From: Candidatus Bathyarchaeia archaeon
GTDB taxonomy: Archaea > Thermoproteota > Bathyarchaeia > Bathyarchaeales > Bathycorpusculaceae
Reading direction: 5' to 3'
Assembly (NCBI GenBank): GCA_049512075.1
Contig: JBEKXL010000005.1
Location: forward strand, 1 to 64,000
DNA: 64,000 nt
Below are positions 10,058 to 18,923 of the stretch, piece after piece. Position 1 is the stretch's first letter, and each line of letters opens with the position of its first letter. The notes below the pieces were generated by a model. The model saw nothing but the letters and a program-made list of their open reading frames with translations, was not told where the DNA came from and ran no database searches. The translations under genes were made by a program, and so were the position numbers.

Positions 10058-10591
10058 TTAGCTGATTGTTATCTGTAAGGGTGTTGTTTCGATGGGTATA
10101 GAACCGATTTGTCCGACAATGTAGTATGTTCCTGAGACGGAAACGCCTCCCTGTCCCCAAGAAAGGTATGTAGTCCAGCTCTGTTTCGCATCAAGTGTTT
10201 CATAAATCCCCAAAGGTATACTCATTTCAAGAGGTCCTGGGTTCAGAGAGGGGTATATTGTGCTGTTCGTGCTGTTGTAAACCTGAAAGTCGAAACCACC
10301 CCCTTCTTCATCAAAAAAAACGCTAGCTGTCTGATTGCTGATGTTTGTGAGTGTCAGTGTTATGTTTACTGGTTCTCCACGAGTGTAATTGGTCTTTTCA
10401 AGCGTCATAGTAAGTTGGAACCCGTCATAAACTCCTTGTGCCGTCGGAAGCGTTTGTGAAGGACTCTTAGGTTTATATAGGTAGGTTAGAGCGAAGAATA
10501 TGCCGACTCCAATCAGCACGACAAGCGTTGAAAACAATATTATCTTCTTGAATATTGGCTTCAACTTGTTTACCCAAAAATACTGTAACAT
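10058..10591 (-). CDS. Membrane-anchored Ig-like (BsuPI-like) domain protein, IS cargo
   Basis: N-terminal TM helix, then LTMTLEKTNYTRGEPVNITLTLTNISNQ...GTYYIVG beta-sandwich with N-glycosylation sequons. Confidence 0.65.
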   Translation of the reverse strand: MLQYFWVNKLKPIFKKIILFSTLVVLIGVGIFFALTYLYKPKSPSQTLPTAQGVYDGFQLTMTLEKTNYTRGEPVNITLTLTNISNQTASVFFDEEGGGFDFQVYNSTNSTIYPSLNPGPLEMSIPLGIYETLDAKQSWTTYLSWGQGGVSVSGTYYIVGQIGSIPIETTPLQITIS

Positions 10592-10688
10592 GAGCGTCTC
10601 TTAAGTCTAATTGTTGGAACAGCATCGTTCTAATTTCTAGGACGTTACTAGTGAATAGAAAAAGCCCCGCGAGTTAACAAACTTCTTT

Positions 10689-10712
10689 AAGACCCGAAGA
10701 GTTAACAGAACC
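10689..10712 (-). repeat. Right terminal inverted repeat
   Basis: AAGACCCGAAGAGTTAACAGAACC; a partial second copy (CCCGCGAGTTAACA) lies at ~10666-10679. Confidence 0.85.
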
Positions 10713-10875
10713 GACAAAGAAAATGTTTAATAGGTTCTCTTAGTAATTTCCTAGAAAGTGGTTGAAAATGGGCGATTGCCTTCCGCAACGCTAGATTCTC
10801 ACAACATTTAGCCCATGTTAGGATTTGTTTTGCAAGAATTGTTTCAATCAGCAGAGGACGAAGGAAGAGATAGAA

Positions 10876-12318
10876 ATGTCAGATATGGGAATTACTGTTA
10901 AGAAAACTGAAGACTTCTCAGAGTGGTATGTCCAACTCGTTCTAAAATCCGAGTTAGCTGACTATGCCCCCGTCAAGGGGTGCATGATTTTCCGTGAGCA
11001 TTCTTACGCCATCTGGGAGAGGATTCAGGAAGCCTTCAACAGGAAGATAAAGGCAACAGGACACAAGAACGTGTACTTTCCACTTTTCATACCTGAAAGT
11101 TTCCTGAAGAAAGAGGCTGAACACTTCGAGGGATTTGTGCCGGAAGTTGCATGGGTCACGATGGGCGGCGAGACTCCGCTGGAGGAAAGGCTTGCCGTAA
11201 GACCGACTTCTGAAACAATCATCTACGCAACATTCGGAAAATGGATCAGGAGTTGGAGAGACCTACCGATCAAACTGAACCAGTGGTGCAGCGTCGTCAG
11301 GTGGGAAACCGAAGCCACCAGACTGTTCCTGCGTACAAGAGAGTTTCTCTGGCAAGAAGGACACACGGCCCACGCGACCAAAGAAGAAGCAGACCGAGAA
11401 GCCATGCAGATTTTGGAGGCCTACAAAGACATAATGGAGAATTATCTCGCTATCCCTGTGCTTGCCGGAAAGAAAACTGAAAAAGAGAAATTCGCTGGAG
11501 CTCTCTACACAATAGCACTTGAAGCCATGATGCCCGACGGAAAAGCACTGCAAATGGGGACCTCGCACAACCTCGGACAGCATTTCTCCAAGGTCTTCGA
11601 CATCAAGTTTCTGGACGAACAGGAAAAAGAACGCTATGTATGGCAAACATCATGGGGAATATCGACACGAATCATAGGTGCCGTGGTGATGGTCCACGGT
11701 GACGACAAAGGACTCGTACTGCCTCCAAGGATAGCCCCAGTGCAGGTTGTAATAGTTCCAATCCCATACAGAGACGCTGGCGCAGAACTGATACTGGCGA
11801 AAGCCCAGCAACTCTTTGAGGATCTGCTGAAGAAGGGGATAGAAGTAGTGTTGGACGACCGCCAAGAATACACTCCAGGCTGGAAATTCAACGCGTGGGA
11901 ACTGAAAGGCGTGCCGATAAGGATAGAGATTGGTCCTCGAGACCTGAAACAGAAGCAAGTGACGCTCGCCAGACGGGATACCCGTGAGAAAGTCGCCGTG
12001 AAAGAAGACGAGACAGTAACCGCAGTGACAGACATGCTTGAAGAAATTCAGAACGCCCTCCTAAAAAAAGCCAAAGGCTTTTTGGAGCAGAGCATCACCA
12101 CCGTAAGAACCTACGACGAGTTCAAGGAAGTTCTGAAGGAGAAAGGTGGGTTCATCAGGGCTTCGTGGTGCGGCGATTCCAAGTGTGAAGAGAAAATAAA
12201 GGAGGAGACAGGCGCTACGATCAGAGTGATATCAACAGAACAGAAGGAGCCTTTTTCAAAATGCGTGCACTGCGGTGAGAAGGCGAGCGAAGTTGTCTAC
12301 TTCGCCAGAGCATACTGA
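10876..12318 (+). CDS. proS: Proline--tRNA ligase (archaeal/eukaryotic type)
   Basis: DFSEWY, RPTSET, FLRTREFLWQEGHT, QMGTSHNLGQ, C-terminal Zn site and FARAY end. Confidence 0.97.
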   Translation: MSDMGITVKKTEDFSEWYVQLVLKSELADYAPVKGCMIFREHSYAIWERIQEAFNRKIKATGHKNVYFPLFIPESFLKKEAEHFEGFVPEVAWVTMGGETPLEERLAVRPTSETIIYATFGKWIRSWRDLPIKLNQWCSVVRWETEATRLFLRTREFLWQEGHTAHATKEEADREAMQILEAYKDIMENYLAIPVLAGKKTEKEKFAGALYTIALEAMMPDGKALQMGTSHNLGQHFSKVFDIKFLDEQEKERYVWQTSWGISTRIIGAVVMVHGDDKGLVLPPRIAPVQVVIVPIPYRDAGAELILAKAQQLFEDLLKKGIEVVLDDRQEYTPGWKFNAWELKGVPIRIEIGPRDLKQKQVTLARRDTREKVAVKEDETVTAVTDMLEEIQNALLKKAKGFLEQSITTVRTYDEFKEVLKEKGGFIRASWCGDSKCEEKIKEETGATIRVISTEQKEPFSKCVHCGEKASEVVYFARAY

Positions 12319-12356
12319 CAAAAATCCGCTTTCCTTCCGCAATTCCTTCACCGTGC

Positions 12357-14192
12357 CTACTCCGACAGTTTTACTCGTCCCCCAAGCTGGTTTGCAGCAT
12401 GCTCCAGACCGAGGTTCTTCAGTGTGGATTTTCTAGGTATTCCTCTTTCGTCCCAACCTCTCTTTCTATAGTACATTTGCAACATGTTGTCATATTTGTC
12501 TCTGTCGAGCTTTCTGCCTTTGAAGGCACCCTTGGTCAGCGGATCTTCAAACCATCTTGCAGGCGGAACGTCCATGTGACTACCCCACTTCTTACCGTAC
12601 TCCCTTATCCAAAAGGCCCGCGTCAGGTTGAACACTCTGTCTGCAACAGTGTTCAGGTTATCCCACGATATTTCCAGACCTGTTGCCGCGTGCAGAAACC
12701 TCAGGTACCATTCAAGCTCCAGGCCCACTTCAATCCATGGAAGCCGGCAGACAGTTAGGCACTCGAAGACTCCTCCGCGAATGCGTTGCAACTCGATGAC
12801 TTTGTCAACTTTCTGAGCGTTATAGCCTTCTCGACCGGCTTTGACTTCCCAGGATATCACCCACGCGTCTTTGTGATGGGCGCCGATGGAACAGGTTCCG
12901 TACGCCAAGGCCATAGCTGGCGCGGTGTGACAGTCGTAGGCTGAAACCTCCAGTCCTTTTACGTGCATGGCCCAACGGTCTGAGCCTCCGCCCACCGCTT
13001 CCGACGCAGACCGGACACCCTCAGCGAGTGCGTCGCCCAGCGGACCGCTTCTATAGGCGATGTCTTTTATCAACGCCTTGGTTGTCTTGAACCCGCCCCA
13101 CGGAATGTTCTGGTCAATTAGTCCCTTTTCAGAAGCCTCCATAGCGAAGGCAAGAACATTTCCCAGAGAAATCGTGTCCAAGCCATACTCGTCGGCAGCC
13201 CTGTTGAGAGCTGCAACCTTTTTCAGGTCGGCTAGGCCGATGTTTGAACCTAGCATCGCAACGTTTTCGTAGTCAAGCTCCGATTCCTTCCTGTCGGAAT
13301 CCTTCACAATGTTGCCGCAGGTCATGTTGCACTGGGGACAACCACGGTTTGAAACCTTGATTTTTTCCATGGCAAAGCCTCCGATGGTCTGTGCCTTGTC
13401 GAAAACGCCTTCTCTATAGTTGTATGTTGGGAGAACTGCGTTTTCTTGGCTCCATTCTATGGTGGTCATCGTGCCCTGTCGCTTCCAAAAAACATAGTTG
13501 GGTTTTGTCAAGACTTCTCGGTAGGCTTCGGCGCCCAGCTCCTGCATTTCTTTGGGATAGGCAGCCTGCAAATCATGTGAGCCTATGAAGACGACCGCTT
13601 TTAGTACTTTAGAACCCATAACAGCGCCCATTCCGGGTCGGCCACCTGCGCGGCCTTCTTGTGAAACAATCATTGCGAATTTCACAAGATTCTCTCCCGC
13701 TTGGCCGATACAAAGAATGCCGGCGGTGCGTCCGTAGATGCTGCTCAGTCTTTTCTCGGTTTCAAATGAGTTCAACTCCCACAGATCTTTTGCCTCAAGA
13801 AATTCAGCGGTTTCGTCTCGAACAACTAGAACGATCGGCTTCCTCGCTCTGCCCTCAACGATTACCGCGTCATAACCTGCCTTGCGCATCTGCACAGCGG
13901 CAAGGGTACCGATGTTTCCGTCTCCGTAGCCACTGGTTAAGGGACTTTTGGATGCCACGACGAGTTTGCCGCTGCTTGGCAGTGAAAAACCCGTCAACGG
14001 GCCAGCAGCAAAGACAAGCTTGTTCTCAGGCGAAAGCGGATCAACTCCGCGTCTGACTTCTTCCCAGAGAATTTTGGCCGCGAATCCTCGGCCACCGAGA
14101 AAGTCGCGAGCCACGCTTGCCCCGTAAGCTTCTGCGACTGCCTTGCCCTTGCTTAGATTTACGTGCAAGAACTTGCCAGTCCATCCGACCAT
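12357..14192 (-). CDS. Tungsten-containing aldehyde:ferredoxin oxidoreductase family
   Basis: GWTGKFLHVNLS, GGRGFAA, KSPLT, GRPGMGAVMGSK, DYEN, GLDTIS, HVKGLE, YYRKRGWDERGIP. Confidence 0.92.
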   Translation of the reverse strand: MVGWTGKFLHVNLSKGKAVAEAYGASVARDFLGGRGFAAKILWEEVRRGVDPLSPENKLVFAAGPLTGFSLPSSGKLVVASKSPLTSGYGDGNIGTLAAVQMRKAGYDAVIVEGRARKPIVLVVRDETAEFLEAKDLWELNSFETEKRLSSIYGRTAGILCIGQAGENLVKFAMIVSQEGRAGGRPGMGAVMGSKVLKAVVFIGSHDLQAAYPKEMQELGAEAYREVLTKPNYVFWKRQGTMTTIEWSQENAVLPTYNYREGVFDKAQTIGGFAMEKIKVSNRGCPQCNMTCGNIVKDSDRKESELDYENVAMLGSNIGLADLKKVAALNRAADEYGLDTISLGNVLAFAMEASEKGLIDQNIPWGGFKTTKALIKDIAYRSGPLGDALAEGVRSASEAVGGGSDRWAMHVKGLEVSAYDCHTAPAMALAYGTCSIGAHHKDAWVISWEVKAGREGYNAQKVDKVIELQRIRGGVFECLTVCRLPWIEVGLELEWYLRFLHAATGLEISWDNLNTVADRVFNLTRAFWIREYGKKWGSHMDVPPARWFEDPLTKGAFKGRKLDRDKYDNMLQMYYRKRGWDERGIPRKSTLKNLGLEHAANQLGGRVKLSE

Positions 14193-14266
14193 GCCGATAA
14201 CCAGCCCTAGAATGAGTGTATAGTTACTTCTGTCTGTAAGCAGATAAATCTACTTGTGCGTGAAAC

Positions 14267-15553
14267 CTATATTACCAGCCTTTCAGGTTCAACACTTCTT
14301 TTCTTCAGACCTAAGTCGCTCACTCGGAATTTTCTGTCTCCGTACAGAAGGGCGTATTCTTCGTCTTCGTAGAGTGCTGCTGCTATTCTTCCAATTGAAT
14401 CGGCCTTCAGTATGCCGCTCCCGCTTGCACCTCCGACGAGCATCATACCGTTTTCTTCGAAGATTATCGGTTGGCCATCGATACTGTTTATTTCGTACAA
14501 TCCGGCGAAGGCTGAGAAGGGTTGGCAGTCCGTAAACTGTGGGAAGTATTTTACCATGACTTGGTACAGGCCGTACCTGTAGTAGTTCTCTTCGGGCTCA
14601 GGTTCCTCCTCAATCTTGAACGCTCTCGGAAACTCGTCAGCGTACGCCAGCCATAAGGCATCCTCTTCAGGAGCGGGTCGAATGTAGGCTGTAGGTTTGG
14701 GAAGAATCGTGAACGGTAAGCATCCGGCGTTTGTGAACTCCTTTGACAACAACAGTTTTTTCAACCCCTCGGTTTTTGCTTTAATCGAGAAGACCTGCCG
14801 CTTCTTGGCCTTGATGAAGCATTCAATTCCCACCGGGTCCAGGAACTGTGAAGCCCAAGCCCCTGCTGCGATTATCGTCTTCTTGGCTTTTATCGGGCCT
14901 CTGCTGGTTTTAACCCCCGTTATTGTTGCGTCCTGCCAGAAGTACGGTTCACCAGGTATACCTAGAGGCTGACGGGGTTCAACAATTACTTCCTTAACGT
15001 CGGTGTTGAACTGAATCTTTCCTCCAAGCTTCAGAAACTCTGACTCGTAAAACTTCACGAGGGAGTCAACGTCGATTAGACCTGCTTTGGGAATCAATAT
15101 TCCCTTGTGAACATTTCCTAAACCCATCATTTTTGCTTCTTCGTCATCCGCAAAGGTTGTTCTCATCTCAAGCTTTCTGGCTAATTCAGCCTCGTCGTAT
15201 TCTTTGTATTCGAAGCCTTTGGCGCCCAGTTCCTTCAGGACGGGGAGCATTTTGCGATAGCCATCCTCGTCAAAAAACCACAAGTAGCCGGCCCACCGCA
15301 GCTTCAAATCAATGTGCAGTTCGCTCTGTACGTGTTTATAGAATTCTGCAGATGAATCGGCCAAGGCAAAGTTTGTCCGAGAGGCGAAGAGACAGCGAAA
15401 TGCGGCTGCGCTCTTCGCAGTGCTGCCTTGGCCCGCAGCACCTCTCTTGTCGATAACTAGGATTTTCAGGTCGGGGTTTCGGGTTTTCAGGTGATAGGCT
15501 GTTGCCAGACCTATGATTCCTGCGCCCACTGTGACTACATCATATTCTGCCAT
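14267..15553 (-). CDS. FAD-dependent oxidoreductase (DAO/sarcosine oxidase/proline dehydrogenase-like)
   Basis: VGAGIIGLATAY dinucleotide fold, GSTAKSAA, AAGAW, GASGSGILKAD. Confidence 0.85.
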   Translation of the reverse strand: MAEYDVVTVGAGIIGLATAYHLKTRNPDLKILVIDKRGAAGQGSTAKSAAAFRCLFASRTNFALADSSAEFYKHVQSELHIDLKLRWAGYLWFFDEDGYRKMLPVLKELGAKGFEYKEYDEAELARKLEMRTTFADDEEAKMMGLGNVHKGILIPKAGLIDVDSLVKFYESEFLKLGGKIQFNTDVKEVIVEPRQPLGIPGEPYFWQDATITGVKTSRGPIKAKKTIIAAGAWASQFLDPVGIECFIKAKKRQVFSIKAKTEGLKKLLLSKEFTNAGCLPFTILPKPTAYIRPAPEEDALWLAYADEFPRAFKIEEEPEPEENYYRYGLYQVMVKYFPQFTDCQPFSAFAGLYEINSIDGQPIIFEENGMMLVGGASGSGILKADSIGRIAAALYEDEEYALLYGDRKFRVSDLGLKKRSVEPERLVI

Positions 15554-15703
15554 GGCGCATCCCCAAACTTGGAAGCCAATTATGAAATAAGAGAAGATTT
15601 AAACTTAGCTCTCTTGACTGATTTAAGTTTACATTATAAGAGAACGCTTATCTACTTCCGAGAAATATGATTTACAGCATTACTGGAAATCGGAGGACAT
15701 AAT

Positions 15704-17359
15704 TTGCGGATACAAAAGGATTTTAGGGCGGTTTCGACTATTCTTGCCGTGTTGTTAATTCTTGCTGCAGCAATATTAGGTGGGCTTATTTCTTACATGT
15801 GGGCTATAGCGCCTTTCTTCGCAACTCCGAACAATGTGAGTCTATCCATTACGAGTGCCAATTTTCCCCTGTATCACGCAGATCACTTCGACGTGACAGT
15901 TCTGAACCCGTCCTATTCATCATCTGGAACGAACATTACCAGCATCTACGTCACAGTTGCCAATGAAACCAACCTGTTCAATGTAACGAACACCAATCCG
16001 GTACTTCCTGTATTTCTTGATCCCGGAGCATCTGTGACCATTCAGTGTAACTTCAATTGGGGCGCTTATGCGGGAGAAAACATCACCGTAAACGTGTCCC
16101 CTCAAAGCGGTAATGGGGCTACGCACACGGTTCAACCTGCATTTGTAGAATTAACAGACAACGCATACTTCAACGCTACGGACACCGTGGAATCCTTCCT
16201 TATGACCGTTCAAAACGACGCGAATTCAGCCATAAACTTGACGTTAACTGGCGTTTCAATTGACGGCGCAGCTGTTTCAGCTGTGAGCACTATTCTTCCA
16301 GAAGTTATCAATGTAAGTAACACTGTAAGTTTTACATGCTTCTACGATTGGCAAGGACACTCTGCGCCTGTCATCGTAGCTGAAACACAAGAAGGTTACA
16401 ATGCCCAGGTCACAGAACAGGTTAATGCATCCGCGCTCCTGCTGGTTGACAACGTTCAGTTTAGCGAAACAAATCCAGGCCTAATCAACGTCACGCTTCT
16501 TAACTCTCCAGGATCGACAACACCTGTCAACATAGCAAACATCACGATCGCACACGGCAACATCCCCGACGTGATCAACGGAACCCTTTCGAACCCGGCT
16601 CTTCCTTATCCTCTCAACGTGAATGCCAGCGTCACCCTCAACTGCGATTGGGACTGGGCCAACGAAAGCTACCGCAACATGACCCTTAGCGTAACAGCCT
16701 TCACCACTCAGGGCTTTGTTTCGCAAACCGCAACGTTCACAACCCCCGCGGAGGTTGCGGCGAGAGTGGACCAAACAGAATTTGACTTAGGCGACACTGG
16801 ACATTTCACGGTAAACGTAACAAACCTGCCCTATTCACTGCGGCAAATCAACGTAACTGAAATAGATTTCAACAATAACGCAATCAACATAAGCTCACCA
16901 TTGTTGGCCGCAAGCGGACAAGCTGCCTTTGTTTGCGAATTCAACTGGTCCAGCTTCGTCGGACAGAGCGCGAATATAACGGTCCATGCAACCTACGACG
17001 ATGGGAACAATTCTCTTCTTCTGCCCTTCCTAGCGAACGTGACATACTTCGAAATATCGAGCGTTTCATTCTCAGACTTTTCGCTTGGAAACCCATACAT
17101 GAACGTCACAGTCAGTAACAGCCAGTTCTCCAAAGCAAATGCGAACATCACCCAGATATTCATACAAACTGAAAACGGGACACAGACAATTGATGGAACG
17201 ATATCGTACCCTCAGATTAGCCCACAATACCCACTTGCTGCAGGAACCGAACAGACGATTACTTGTCCATGGAACTGGAGCCCCTATGCTGGCCAAGACG
17301 TAACCGTCATCGTTCAGACGGCGGACGGGTTCCAAGCATCAATAACGTTGAAAGTCTAG
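15704..17359 (+). CDS. Pilin/archaellin-like surface protein with class III signal peptide and five tandem Ig-like repeats
   Basis: FRA|VSTILAVLLIL hydrophobic N-terminus; five ~100-aa repeats ending in C-x-[FYW]-x-W; many N-x-S/T sequons. Confidence 0.7.
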   Translation: MRIQKDFRAVSTILAVLLILAAAILGGLISYMWAIAPFFATPNNVSLSITSANFPLYHADHFDVTVLNPSYSSSGTNITSIYVTVANETNLFNVTNTNPVLPVFLDPGASVTIQCNFNWGAYAGENITVNVSPQSGNGATHTVQPAFVELTDNAYFNATDTVESFLMTVQNDANSAINLTLTGVSIDGAAVSAVSTILPEVINVSNTVSFTCFYDWQGHSAPVIVAETQEGYNAQVTEQVNASALLLVDNVQFSETNPGLINVTLLNSPGSTTPVNIANITIAHGNIPDVINGTLSNPALPYPLNVNASVTLNCDWDWANESYRNMTLSVTAFTTQGFVSQTATFTTPAEVAARVDQTEFDLGDTGHFTVNVTNLPYSLRQINVTEIDFNNNAINISSPLLAASGQAAFVCEFNWSSFVGQSANITVHATYDDGNNSLLLPFLANVTYFEISSVSFSDFSLGNPYMNVTVSNSQFSKANANITQIFIQTENGTQTIDGTISYPQISPQYPLAAGTEQTITCPWNWSPYAGQDVTVIVQTADGFQASITLKV

Positions 17360-17399
17360 CAGACTTTCCACAATCTTTATTTCATTTTCAGACAAACCC

Positions 17400-18632
17400 T
17401 TGCCAAGGAAGTGGATGATCTTGACTAACGTGAAGACCACTGAAAGGGTGCGAACCATAGAGTATGCGATACGCGATGTCGTAATTCACGCAAGACAAGT
17501 TGCAAAGACTGGGAAGAAGATTTACTATTTGAACATAGGAGACCCTAACGCTTTTGATTTTGACACTCCGCAGCACATCAAGCAGGCATTGGTGAAGGCT
17601 GTCGAAGAGGGAGCCAACGCTTACTCTCCTTCCGAAGGATTGCCCGAGCTCAGAGAAGCAATCAGCAACAAGGAAAAAAGGGTCAACGGCGTTGAAGTCT
17701 CAGCCGAAGACGTAATTGTCACTTCGGGAATTTCAGAGGGTATCCAAATGGCAATGGCGGCCCTCATCGACTCAGGGGATGAAATTCTTCTTCCAGGACC
17801 GACATATCCGCCCTACATTTCCTACGCCAAATTCTTCAACGGAAAACCGGTAACGTACGAGACGGTCGAAGAAAACGGCTGGCAACCGAACATCGATGAT
17901 CTTAGACGCAAGATATCAAAAAAGACGTGCGGAATAGTGATTATCAATCCCAACAACCCTTGCGGTGCGCTTTATGAGGAAAAGGTAATTAGACAGATTC
18001 TGAACCTGGCGGGAGAGTACGACGTTCCGGTCTTGTCAGACGAAATCTATGATCAGTTAGTGTTCGAAAAGAGGTCTGTCAGCACGGCGCACATTGCAGG
18101 GGACGTTCCAGTGATAGGACTGAACGGTTTCTCCAAGGCATACCTTATGACGGGCTGGAGACTCGGTTATCTGTACTTCCACAGCCCTGATGGGCGGTTG
18201 CAAGAGTTTAAACAGTGTGTCGAAAAAGAAGCAAGGATAAGACTTTGCGCGAACACACCAGTTCAAAAGGCGGGAGTAGCTGCCTTGAACGGCCCGCAAG
18301 ATCACATCAAAGTGACTGTTGAAAAGCTCCGGCAAAGAAGTAAATACGCTTGGAAAAGACTGAATGAAATCCAAGGGATGAGCTGCGCCAGACCAGAAGC
18401 CGCGTTCTACGTTTTCCCCAAAATCGACGTTATAGGGTCAAAGTGGAAAACAGACATGGAGTTTGTGTTAGACCTTCTGAAAGAGACGGGTGTTCTTTTC
18501 GTGCACGGCTCAGGGTTTGACCCAGACTACGGTGCTGGTCACGTAAGGGGTGTCGTTCTTCCGCCGCTTGAGACGCTTGAGGAAGCTCTCGACAAAGTTG
18601 AAGGGTTCATGAAGAACAAAGGGCAGGATTGA
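17400..18632 (+). CDS. Class I/II PLP aminotransferase (alanine aminotransferase-like)
   Basis: EYAIRD, LNIGDP, INPNNPCG, SDEIYD, FSKAYLMTGWRLG. Confidence 0.9.
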   Translation: MPRKWMILTNVKTTERVRTIEYAIRDVVIHARQVAKTGKKIYYLNIGDPNAFDFDTPQHIKQALVKAVEEGANAYSPSEGLPELREAISNKEKRVNGVEVSAEDVIVTSGISEGIQMAMAALIDSGDEILLPGPTYPPYISYAKFFNGKPVTYETVEENGWQPNIDDLRRKISKKTCGIVIINPNNPCGALYEEKVIRQILNLAGEYDVPVLSDEIYDQLVFEKRSVSTAHIAGDVPVIGLNGFSKAYLMTGWRLGYLYFHSPDGRLQEFKQCVEKEARIRLCANTPVQKAGVAALNGPQDHIKVTVEKLRQRSKYAWKRLNEIQGMSCARPEAAFYVFPKIDVIGSKWKTDMEFVLDLLKETGVLFVHGSGFDPDYGAGHVRGVVLPPLETLEEALDKVEGFMKNKGQD

Positions 18633-18663
18633 GTCTATCGACCCGCACGCGCTTAAGCGTGAA

Positions 18664-18921
18664 CTAAATCAGTATACCTTGCTTGGGATCTGAAACCAGT
18701 TTCCAGAATTCTTCAATCAGCTTCTTGGTTATAGCGCGCGCTAACCGTAGAGCAGTCCGTGATCGAAAACTGAAACCTTTGCTTGTGACTTCGGATAATA
18801 TGCCCCATCGATGTAAACCTGCAGTTCTTTCTCCAACATTCTTCCCCCCAACACCCAGAAACTGGTCTATTAAAGCAAGGTTTGATATGCTTTTTGGATA
18901 AAAAAACTGGTTTTTGGTCAT
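18664..18921 (-). CDS. Hypothetical protein (possibly a fragment)
   Basis: ATG 2 nt after the thrS stop, fills the gap; no motif recognised. Confidence 0.35.
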   Translation of the reverse strand: MTKNQFFYPKSISNLALIDQFLGVGGKNVGERTAGLHRWGILSEVTSKGFSFRSRTALRLARAITKKLIEEFWKLVSDPKQGILI

Positions 18922-18923
18922 TG

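Larger units (their letters stand above)
9664..10712. mobile_element. Internally deleted IS6-like element carrying a passenger gene
   Basis: 24-bp terminal inverted repeats, 22/24 identical (9664-9687 and 10689-10712). Flanked by 8-bp near-direct repeats GGCAAAGA (9656-9663) and GACAAAGA (10713-10720). Contains a DDE transposase C-terminal remnant. Confidence 0.8.

Noticed and set aside
10768-10875. In-frame Cys-containing stretch upstream of proS (MGDCLPQR*...LFCKNCF), possible decayed Zn finger or leader
   Set aside because: Interrupted by stops and no family recognised; proS start placed at ATG 10876.
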